From Alphaproteobacteria bacterium (GTDB lineage: Bacteria; Pseudomonadota; Alphaproteobacteria; GCA-2731375), in contig CBDCGJ010000070.1 in the NCBI GenBank assembly GCA_965216645.1, positions 1 through 64,000 on the forward strand: a stretch of DNA of 64,000 nt, in the 5' to 3' direction. Every line of letters begins with the position of its first letter. Position 1 is the first letter of the stretch. The translations under genes were made by a program, and so were the position numbers. The notes under the pieces are model-generated. The model ran no database searches. It was given only the letters and a program-made list of their open reading frames with translations, and was not told where the DNA came from. Of the stretch, positions 9,363-16,934 are shown piece after piece.

Positions 9363-10280
9363 ATGAAGAAGAGCTATTCGATCGGTATTCACGTACCCAG
9401 CGTTTCGGCCACCGGCCTCGCGGATGGCGCCGCCTATGCGGACTATTTCCGCCTGGTCGAGACGTTGGGTTTCGACGCCGTATGGGTGGAGGACCGAATC
9501 CTGCACCCGGCCCCCTTGGCGGATTCGCTAACTCTGTTGACCTGGGCCGCCGCGCATACCGAGCGCCTGGAGCTCGGCACGGCGGTCCTGGTCCTGAACC
9601 TGCGTCCGGCGCCGCTATTGGCGCGGCAGGTCGCGACCTTGCGGCATCTCGCCGGCGATCGGGTGACCTTGGGTGTGTCGCTGGGCGGGCGCGCCAACGA
9701 ATATGCTGCCCTGCGGCAGCCGATGGACAAGCGGGTCGGATTGTTTCGCGACGGTCTCGCGACCCTGCGCGCGCTGCTATCCGGTGACGAGATCACGCGG
9801 GACAGCACCTATTTCCCGCTTGACGGCGCCACCGTCCGCCCCGCCGGCCCCTTGCCGATCCTGATCGGCGGCTTGGCGCCGGCGGCGATCCGCCGCGCGG
9901 GGGAATTGGGCGACGGCTGGATCATGGGACCGTTCGGCGGATTGGAGGACATCGACAAGGGCCTTACGGAAGCCCGTGCCGGTGCCACCGCCGCCGGGAA
10001 GGTTCCGGACCAATTGCGTATCGGCCGGCTTCTTTATGTCGCCGTCGATCCCGACCGAGCCAAGGCGCAACGGGATATGACCGTCTTCCTTCACGGCTAT
10101 TACGGGAGCGACTTCGATGTCGACAAACATGCCATCATCGGTCCGGCGGCGGAGGTCGCGGATCGCCTGAAAGCACAGATGGACGCCGGTATCGGGACCC
10201 TGATGCTGGCCCCGCCGAATCTCGATCCGTCCTACATTCGCCGATTGGCCGACGAGGTTCTACCGGTCTTGCGCGGTTAG
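9363..10280 (+). CDS. LLM-class (luciferase-like) flavin-dependent oxidoreductase
   Basis: TIM-barrel LLM motifs (ETLGFDAVWVEDRIL...LGTAVLVLNLRPAPLLARQVATL...LGVSLGG). The start could be ATG 9351 or 9363. Confidence 0.7.
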   Translation: MKKSYSIGIHVPSVSATGLADGAAYADYFRLVETLGFDAVWVEDRILHPAPLADSLTLLTWAAAHTERLELGTAVLVLNLRPAPLLARQVATLRHLAGDRVTLGVSLGGRANEYAALRQPMDKRVGLFRDGLATLRALLSGDEITRDSTYFPLDGATVRPAGPLPILIGGLAPAAIRRAGELGDGWIMGPFGGLEDIDKGLTEARAGATAAGKVPDQLRIGRLLYVAVDPDRAKAQRDMTVFLHGYYGSDFDVDKHAIIGPAAEVADRLKAQMDAGIGTLMLAPPNLDPSYIRRLADEVLPVLRG

Positions 10281-11173
10281 CCCGCCGCCTTCCCGTTCCC
10301 CGCTTTCTCTTCTATTGGCACATGGTCCGGCACCAAGGTTTGCTCGTCCTTGGGCGGGCGGACGTAACCGACCGCATTTTCTCGCGGCGGCAACTCAACC
10401 GGCTCCGGGGTCAGGTCCTTATAGTCGAACATGCCGAGAAAATGGCTGATACAATTGAGGCGCGCGCGTTTCTTGACGTCCGCCTCCACCACATACCAGG
10501 GCGCCAGTTTGATATCCGTATGGGCGAACATGGCGTCCTTCGCCTTCGAGTAATCGATCCAGCGGCGGCGCGATTCCAAATCCATCGGGCTCAGTTTCCA
10601 GCGCTTGGTCGGGTCCGTAATGCGACCCTGGAAGCGCCGTTCCTGCTCTTCGTCGCTGACCGAAAACCAGTATTTGATCAGCTTGATGCCGGAGCGGATC
10701 AGCATCCGTTCGAACTCCGGACAGCTGCGCATGAATTCGGCGTATTCGTCGTCCGAACAGAAGCCCATGACGCGCTCGACCCCGGCGCGGTTATACCAAC
10801 TCCGATCGAATAGCACGATCTCGCCCGCCGCCGGCAGATGCGGCACGTAGCGCTGGAAATACCATTGGGTCTTCTCCCGCTCCGTCGGGGTGCCGAGCGC
10901 GACGACGCGGCAGACCCGAGGATTGAGCGACTGGGTGATCCGCTTGATGGTCCCGCCCTTGCCGGCGGCGTCGCGGCCTTCGAACAGCACCACCACTTTC
11001 AAGCCTTCGGCCTTCACCCATTCCTGCAGCTTGACCAACTCAATCTGCATTTTGGCGAGTTCGTGGTTATAGACCTTGTTGGAGATCTTCCGCGTGTCTC
11101 CCTTGATATCGGCACCGATCCGACGGCCTGCGGCTTTCTTCGCCGCAACATTTCCGGCTTCGCTGGCTGACAT
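10277..11173 (-). CDS. ppk2: polyphosphate kinase 2 (PPK2 family)
   Basis: VVLFEGRDAAGKGGTIKRI (Walker A), FDRSWYNRAGVERV and RWKLSPMDLESRRRWIDY are the PPK2 hallmarks. The track ORF starts at a GTG; the ATG at 11173 has GGAAGGGG upstream. Confidence 0.8.
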   Translation of the reverse strand: MSASEAGNVAAKKAAGRRIGADIKGDTRKISNKVYNHELAKMQIELVKLQEWVKAEGLKVVVLFEGRDAAGKGGTIKRITQSLNPRVCRVVALGTPTEREKTQWYFQRYVPHLPAAGEIVLFDRSWYNRAGVERVMGFCSDDEYAEFMRSCPEFERMLIRSGIKLIKYWFSVSDEEQERRFQGRITDPTKRWKLSPMDLESRRRWIDYSKAKDAMFAHTDIKLAPWYVVEADVKKRARLNCISHFLGMFDYKDLTPEPVELPPRENAVGYVRPPKDEQTLVPDHVPIEEKAGNGKAAG

Positions 11174-11423
11174 GATAACCCCTTCCCTGTTTGACACATT
11201 ATTCGACGACGCCGTATCTCACCGGTACGGCGGTCGCTGGTCTGGTTCGGTCGCTGGAAGAACGGGCGGCACGCGCCCGGTCAGGCTGAAATAATTTCAC
11301 AAATAATTAGAAACGAGTAATGCAAACGAACCGATTCCGGCGGAAAATTGCCGGAGGCGACGGTTAATCCTAACGCTTCTGCCGCGTGGACGCAAACCCA
11401 TGCAACCGCATTGATTGCCACGT

Positions 11424-11888
11424 TCAATGCTCCTTCTTCACGCGAAACGATTTATGACAATCTGCGCATTGCCGTCCCAACGCCTTGAATTGGGGAGCAA
11501 TATCGGTCACTGAGCTTTCCGGCGCCGCCGCATCGGCCAATCCTTTCGCTTCGATCTTCAGGGCATTCGCTAATTCGACGAAACGTGGCCAATCCCGCCA
11601 GATTTCCGGCGAGGCTTCGCTTGGGCTTTTGTCGGAGCCTTCGGGGAACAGCTCGGCTATGCCGTCTGCATGCGTCGCGATAGCCGTGGCGTCGGTGCGA
11701 ACTTTCGCCGCATCGTAATCGGTGCGTCCCTTGATCATCTGGGCAACAGCCTTCATCCGCCGGCCGACGTCGGACATGGCGTCCATACGCTGCTTTACCA
11801 CACCGGTGGCGCCCTTGTGGGTCCAACCAGCATCGATCGGCGCGGCAAGCAAGACGGCGAGCAATGCAAATAGAAGAAAGAACCGCAT
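11424..11888 (-). CDS. class II c-type cytochrome (cytochrome c'/c556-like; single CxxCH at the C-terminus)
   Basis: Signal peptide, four-helix-bundle-like sequence, C-terminal CADCH heme-binding motif. Confidence 0.6.
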   Translation of the reverse strand: MRFFLLFALLAVLLAAPIDAGWTHKGATGVVKQRMDAMSDVGRRMKAVAQMIKGRTDYDAAKVRTDATAIATHADGIAELFPEGSDKSPSEASPEIWRDWPRFVELANALKIEAKGLADAAAPESSVTDIAPQFKALGRQCADCHKSFRVKKEH

Positions 11889-11900
11889 GCTACCTCGCTC

Positions 11901-12332
11901 TCAGTAAATCCCGTTGGCTTTTTGCAATTGCCGGACATAGACGATGATCTTACGGACCTCCACTTCGCGAATACCCTCCACCGGTGGCATGTCGCCGAAG
12001 CGCCAATGATGCCCGCGCACACCTAGCTTGGCGGCTCGCACGAAGGCGAAATCGCCATGATGATTGGGTTCGTAAATGCGATGGACCAACGGCGGGCCGG
12101 CGCCGTCCACCCCCGCCGCATGCTTGCCGTGACAACGCATGCAATTGCGCTCGAACAACATATGTCCGGCGACCGCGTCGCCGCTCAATTCCGGCACTTT
12201 GACGTTCACCAAGGATGGGCCGGTTTGCCCCGACGTCGCCGCATCCTCGGCCCAGGGCTGCCAGAGCCAAATAATAATAGCAGCAACGACAACCAAAGTA
12301 ATTCCAATTATGTAGATCGGCTTATTAAACAA
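11901..12332 (-). CDS. membrane-anchored class I c-type cytochrome
   Basis: N-terminal TM anchor, CMRCH heme motif, distal Met region (GDMPP). Confidence 0.6.
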   Translation of the reverse strand: MFNKPIYIIGITLVVVAAIIIWLWQPWAEDAATSGQTGPSLVNVKVPELSGDAVAGHMLFERNCMRCHGKHAAGVDGAGPPLVHRIYEPNHHGDFAFVRAAKLGVRGHHWRFGDMPPVEGIREVEVRKIIVYVRQLQKANGIY

Positions 12333-12463
12333 TCACATGTCTCACAAGTGTCATTCAATATCTTTAATGTCGGGACAGGCTACCGCTTCCAGCCGCTGTA
12401 AGGTCAAGCCGGCGTCGGCATACAACCGCAATTCTGCTATCACAGTTTCGGGAGGATTCGGAA

Positions 12464-13291
12464 ATGACAACAGCCACGCCGACCGCGTTCGTCTTGGAAA
12501 GCGAACCGCCGCAATTGTCCGACGTCGACTTTACCGCCGCCGCGGTGGACGGCAAAAAATCCTATGACGACAGGCTAAAGACGTTGCGGAAACATATGCT
12601 GCAAATTCAACAGGCCTATTACCACCAGGGCCGCCGCGCCGTGATCGTCTTCGAAGGCTGGGACGCCGCCGGCAAGGGTGGGGCCATTCGCCGCCTCACC
12701 GCCGGGCTGGACCCGCGCGGCGTCCGGGTTCATCCGATCGGCGCGCCACGGGCGGAAAATCAGGCGCGGCACTATCTCTTCCGCTTTTTTCAGCGCCTGC
12801 CCACCGCTGGCCGGCTGGCGATTTTCGACCGCTCCTGGTACGGCCGGGTGCTGGTCGAACGGGTCGAAGGCTTCGCGGCGCCGGACGCGTGGCAGCGCGC
12901 CTATCAGGAGATCAACGAGTTCGAACGTCTGCTGATCGACGACGGCGCCCGGGTCATCAAGCTCTTCGTCCATATCACCAAGGACGAACAGCTAGCGCGC
13001 TTCGAACAACGCCTGCGCGATCCCGTGAAGCGCTGGAAACTGACGGAAGAGGATATTCGCAATCGCGAAAAATGGCCGGATTACGAAGCGGCGATCGACG
13101 ACATGTTCGCGCGGACCTCGACCCGCCGCGCGCCCTGGTGCCTGGTGCCCGGCAACAAGAAATGGTTCGCCCGCCTCGCCGTCCTCGAACATGTCACGGA
13201 ACGCCTGGCCGAGGGCGTCGATATCAGCCCGCCGCCGCTCGATCCGGAGATCATCCGGGCCGCGGAAGCGAAACTCGGCATTACGCTCTGA
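12464..13291 (+). CDS. ppk2: polyphosphate kinase 2 (PPK2 family), second paralogue
   Basis: VIVFEGWDAAGKGGAIRRL, FDRSWYGRVLVERV, RWKLTEEDIRNREKW. Paralogous to 10277..11173. Confidence 0.8.
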   Translation: MTTATPTAFVLESEPPQLSDVDFTAAAVDGKKSYDDRLKTLRKHMLQIQQAYYHQGRRAVIVFEGWDAAGKGGAIRRLTAGLDPRGVRVHPIGAPRAENQARHYLFRFFQRLPTAGRLAIFDRSWYGRVLVERVEGFAAPDAWQRAYQEINEFERLLIDDGARVIKLFVHITKDEQLARFEQRLRDPVKRWKLTEEDIRNREKWPDYEAAIDDMFARTSTRRAPWCLVPGNKKWFARLAVLEHVTERLAEGVDISPPPLDPEIIRAAEAKLGITL

Positions 13292-13343
13292 AGTCGGTCG
13301 AAAACGTGATAAACTGACGCAAGCAGGCGAAGGAGAAGTGGCG

Positions 13344-14132
13344 ATGCGTCTAACCGACCGGCAACTGACCGACTTTGACGATCTCGGCTATTTGGTGATG
13401 GAGAACGCCTTCAGCGAAGCGGAAGTCTCGGTCCTGAGGACGGACGCGCAGCGTATCTACGCTTTGGAACGGGAGGAGGTCTGGCGCGAAACCTCCGGCG
13501 CGCCGCGTACCGCCTTCGCCGCCCACACCTATAGCGACGCCTTCGGCGCCCTCGGCCGGCACCCGCGCCTGATCGAACCGGTCGCTCAATACTTCGACGA
13601 ACCCGTCTACATGCACCAGTTCAAGGTCAATGCCAAAGCGCCCTTCGACGGCGAGGTTTGGCAATGGCATCAAGACTACGGCACCTGGGCTCGCGATGAC
13701 GGCATGCCGGAACCTCGCGCCATGAATATCGCTGTCTTCCTGGACGAGGTGATGGCGATCAACGGCCCGCTGATGTTCATTCCCAAGAGCCACCGGGACG
13801 GCGTGTTCGACGCCGGCCACGATATCGAGACGACAAGCTACCCCTTATGGACGTTGGACAAGGCAACGGTGACCCGTCTGGTCGACGACGGCGGTATCGT
13901 CGCGCCGACCGGCAAGCCCGGCACGGTGCTGATGTTCCACGGCAACCTGGTCCATGCCAGCCCGCCCAACATCACCCCCTACCCGCGCACCATCGTCTAC
14001 CTGACCCTTTGCGCCGTCTCCAACCACATCACCCAATTCAAGCGCCCCGATTTCATCGCCCACCGCGATTTCACCCCCATCGAACCGGCCAGCGACGACA
14101 TCCTGCTGCAAATGTCGGCCGCGGCGGCTTAG
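13344..14132 (+). CDS. ectoine-hydroxylase-like PhyH-family non-heme Fe(II)/2-OG dioxygenase
   Basis: EVWQWHQDYGTWARDDGMPEP closely resembles the EctD signature F-x-WHSDFETWH-x-EDGMP. HGNLVHAS is a distal His motif. AAGGAG RBS precedes the ATG at 13344. Confidence 0.6.
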   Translation: MRLTDRQLTDFDDLGYLVMENAFSEAEVSVLRTDAQRIYALEREEVWRETSGAPRTAFAAHTYSDAFGALGRHPRLIEPVAQYFDEPVYMHQFKVNAKAPFDGEVWQWHQDYGTWARDDGMPEPRAMNIAVFLDEVMAINGPLMFIPKSHRDGVFDAGHDIETTSYPLWTLDKATVTRLVDDGGIVAPTGKPGTVLMFHGNLVHASPPNITPYPRTIVYLTLCAVSNHITQFKRPDFIAHRDFTPIEPASDDILLQMSAAAA

Positions 14133-14134
14133 GT

Positions 14135-14380
14135 TTATGGAGCATCCCGCGACAGAAAGCCGGCGACGAAGGCGCTGAAGGCGTCGCGCATGGGTAGGTC
14201 GTGGTCGATCTTGATCTGCCGGCGCCTTGCGGTCACCGGTTTACCGGTTTTGCCGTCGACGGCCGCTTTCTCCACGCTTTGCCAGTAGAGCCCAATGCCT
14301 CGCTTCTGCCAGCGCGGCAGATCGTTGAAGTTGATCCCGCCTTTGGAAAACAGAAACTCGTTCTTGGCCGGAACGGACAT
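14135..14380 (-). pseudogene. remnant corresponding to the C-terminal ~80 aa of a Thg1-like tRNA(His) guanylyltransferase
   Basis: GGINFNDLPRWQKRGIGLYW resembles the C-terminal domain motif of bacterial Thg1-like proteins (recalled GINWNDYPxGxKRG). The ORF has no room for the ~160-aa catalytic N-domain; its 5' end abuts the repeat element at 14405. Confidence 0.35.
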
Positions 14381-14404
14381 ACCGTTCAGGATCGCCTGCG
14401 CCTC

Positions 14405-14575
14405 CTTAAAGGGGTCGGAGGGAATTAAAAAAGGGGTCGGAGGGAATTAATTTTGAGCCAGCGCACTGAACTTGAAAAAGGGGTCGGAGGGATTTAATTT
14501 TCAAAGATAGGATAAATTTCTTTTTTAATTTCAATGTGTTGACAAAAATTAAATCCCTCCGACCCCTTTTTGACC
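14405..14575. repeat. iteron-like repeat element: three direct and one inverted copy of a 20-mer around an AT-rich loop
   Basis: AAAGGGGTCGGAGGGA(A/T)TTAA occurs at ~14409, ~14431 and ~14478 in direct orientation and inverted at ~14549-14570. Copy 3 and the inverted copy form a ~27-bp perfect stem around a 46-nt loop containing TTGACA (<30% GC). Confidence 0.85.
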
Positions 14576-14831
14576 GAATGCGCGGTGGCGGGCGCGGCGT
14601 CTGACGTGACGGGAGAATATGTCGGCACAGGTCACTCGTGATCGGACTCATGGTGCGCACGATTATTTGCGCTTGACAATGCCCGTTCATTGCGGCATTT
14701 ACCGCGGCCCGGAAATTGGCCTGGGGCGACAGCGGCGCCGGTTCTGAACGCCGGCCCGGCGGCGCGACCTGAGATCGGTCGTGTCCGTATCGACGCTCCA
14801 CCGCGGTTTCCGTGACCCTGATCATCAGGTC

Positions 14832-14856
14832 GCGGGTTCGATTCCCGCCCCGGCCT
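14832..14856 (+). other. tRNA 3'-end fragment (T-arm plus acceptor 3' strand), followed by GCCA
   Basis: GCGGG-TTCGATT-CCCGC is a canonical T-arm, followed by CCCGGCC and T. No canonical D or anticodon arm was found upstream. Confidence 0.5.
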
Positions 14857-14860
14857 GCCA

Positions 14861-14946
14861 GGTCGGGTAGCTCAGCGGTTAGAGCGGATGAGGCTTTCAA
14901 GCCAACGACTCATAATCGTTTGCGGGTGAAATTCCCGCCCGGATCG
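14861..14946 (+). tRNA. tRNA-like sequence, probable pseudo-tRNA: canonical 5' acceptor plus D-arm, aberrant anticodon region and T-loop
   Basis: GGTCGGG-TA-GCTC-AGCGGTTA-GAGC is a textbook acceptor plus D-arm, and its acceptor strand is fully complementary to the CCCGGCC of the upstream fragment (U3-G70). Downstream are a 17-nt insert, an AACGA-CTCATAA-TCGTT hairpin (CAU in the anticodon position), a T-arm with the non-canonical loop TGAAATT, and an acceptor with one mismatch. Confidence 0.3.
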
Positions 14947-15244
14947 AGAGATCTTGAAAAAAAATGACGGGGGCGCCAGGTGTCCCGCCAAAGTGGTCGG
15001 CAAGGCCGGATTTTGATCCGGCGGCGGCGAATGCGGCGGCACGGCGGTCCGGACTTGAATGACGTTGGATACCGATGTCGACGGCGCGCGGACGCGCCGG
15101 CGGAAAAGCCATGGCCGTTTCGGCGGTCCGGCCAGACCGACCGGTGCGTGGCGCGGGCCCTCGGCGTCTCAAAGCGTCATCCTCCGGCCCGCCGCAAAGG
15201 ATACCTGGCAAACCTTGATTGGTAGAAATTGAATTGGAAGACGA

Positions 15245-16402
15245 GTGATTGGCATGAGAAAGACGATTTTGAAGCTATTGGGCTTCGACGAGATCGTCGT
15301 CGGACCCCAGCATCGGGCGATCGTGATGATCGACGGGAAGTTTGCGGAAATTCTCGAGCCGGGCCGACACTATCTGCGGCGCAGTCTGCGCGACCTGCGG
15401 ATACATCGGTCGGATGTCGAGATGGTGCGCTATGACGGCGACCATGAACAGACGCTGGTCCGGGACAATCCGCAATTGCTCGACAGCTATTTCGCGGTTG
15501 CCGACGTGGCCGACAATCAGATCGCTATCGTCACCGCCGACGGCAAGGTCCACGACACCCTGGCGCCGGGCCTCTACCGGCTGTACTGGAACGTGCTGAA
15601 GCGGATCGAGGTGGAGTTGGTCGACGTCGAGGCGAACTTCGAGGTCTCCGACACCCATGCCCGGAAGATGGCGCATCTGTTCAAGCACAATACCTTGTTG
15701 AGCTACAACCTAGTGCCGGACGGCCATGTCGGCCTGCTTTACGTCGACGGCAAGTTCGACCGGATCCTGCCGCCTGGGGCGCATGCCTTCTGGCGAGGTC
15801 AGCGGAAGATCGAGATGAGCTTGATCGACGGCCGGCTGCGGGAGAAGGAGATCGTCGGCCAGGAGGTGCTGACCAAAGACAAGGTCGGTATTCGGGTCAA
15901 CCTGACCTGCCACTACCGGATCGACGATCCGGTCAAGGTGGCGGGTGCCCTCGCCTCTCTGGACGACTATATGCACAAGTCCATCCAATTCGCGCTACGG
16001 GAAGCGGTCGGCCGCAATACGCTCGACGACATTCTCGACGGCAAGGACCGGCTTGACGCCGCCGTGCGCGAGGACGCGGCGGCGAAGTTCGAAGCCTATG
16101 GCGTGTCCCTGCACGATATCGGCGTGAAGGACGTGGTCCTGCCAGGCGATATGCGGGCGATCATGAACCAGGTGGTGCAGGCGGAAAAGGCGGCCCAGGC
16201 CAGCCTGATCCAGCGGCGGGAGGAAACCGCCGCCACCCGATCCCTGCTCAACACCGCCAAGCTGATGGACGACAACCCGACCCTGATGCGCCTCAAGGAG
16301 CTCGAGTCCCTGGAGCGGATCGTGGACAAGGTCGAAACCCTCAACGTCGTCGGCGGCCTAGACGGCGTGCTGAACGAGCTCGGCAAGCTGAAGACCGGTT
16401 GA
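15245..16402 (+). CDS. SPFH/band-7 (stomatin-prohibitin-flotillin-HflK/C) family protein
   Basis: Long SPFH-domain-like sequence with a C-terminal coiled coil (AEKAAQASLIQRREETAATRSLL...), from recall of the family pattern. An alternative start is at 15254. Confidence 0.65.
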   Translation: MIGMRKTILKLLGFDEIVVGPQHRAIVMIDGKFAEILEPGRHYLRRSLRDLRIHRSDVEMVRYDGDHEQTLVRDNPQLLDSYFAVADVADNQIAIVTADGKVHDTLAPGLYRLYWNVLKRIEVELVDVEANFEVSDTHARKMAHLFKHNTLLSYNLVPDGHVGLLYVDGKFDRILPPGAHAFWRGQRKIEMSLIDGRLREKEIVGQEVLTKDKVGIRVNLTCHYRIDDPVKVAGALASLDDYMHKSIQFALREAVGRNTLDDILDGKDRLDAAVREDAAAKFEAYGVSLHDIGVKDVVLPGDMRAIMNQVVQAEKAAQASLIQRREETAATRSLLNTAKLMDDNPTLMRLKELESLERIVDKVETLNVVGGLDGVLNELGKLKTG

Positions 16403-16445
16403 CCAGTGGAGAGCCTCGGGGACTTCGGTCCTCGGGGCTCTCCCG

Positions 16446-16814
16446 TCAAATCCGCCGGTCTTTCTCGGTGAGATACAACCCCTTCATCCGAGCGTTGTTG
16501 AAGCGCAGATTTTTACCTTGGGCGATGATGCAGAAATGGCTGTTGTCCGCGCCGGTGGCGACGACGATGCTGAAGCTTTCGCCGCCCGGGCTGGACCATA
16601 CGGTCACGTTGCTGTCGCTCGTTTTCCCGTGTCCGATTGGCACCTCGCTGTAGCGTTCGCTCAATAAAGCGGCGACATGGGCACTGGGCCAGCAGGCGAC
16701 GCCGGGCCACATCCTTGGCATTTCGGATTGGGCATGGTTCGGGATGATGAGTGTTCCGATCCCTATCGAACCGGCAATAGCAAGGGCAATGTAATATGCG
16801 AGACGGTCTGCCAT
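16446..16814 (-). CDS. hypothetical membrane-anchored protein
   Basis: GGAGGAGGA RBS lies 6 nt before the ATG at 16814; one N-terminal TM helix; no recognisable family. Confidence 0.35.
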   Translation of the reverse strand: MADRLAYYIALAIAGSIGIGTLIIPNHAQSEMPRMWPGVACWPSAHVAALLSERYSEVPIGHGKTSDSNVTVWSSPGGESFSIVVATGADNSHFCIIAQGKNLRFNNARMKGLYLTEKDRRI

Positions 16815-16934
16815 GGCGTATCCTCCTCCAAGCCGAGGATAAAGTTCGCCGTCGCCGGACACCTTGAGAAAATCTCCAGAACGCCTCGATTTTTGAGCTT
16901 CGCCATTATTCGTTTAAGGAGATGACGGCGCCGA

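Noticed and set aside
14405-14575. CRISPR array
   Set aside because: Only three direct repeats plus one inverted copy are present. The spacers are of very unequal length (2, 28 and 46 nt), and there are no cas genes.
14861-15100. Permuted two-piece tmRNA (ssrA)
   Set aside because: The D-arm is canonical (tmRNA has none); the 3-70 pair is U-G, not the G-U required for Ala charging; and the putative tag GCC-AAC-GAC-TCA-TAA ends after four codons. Kept only as an alternative to test with Aragorn.
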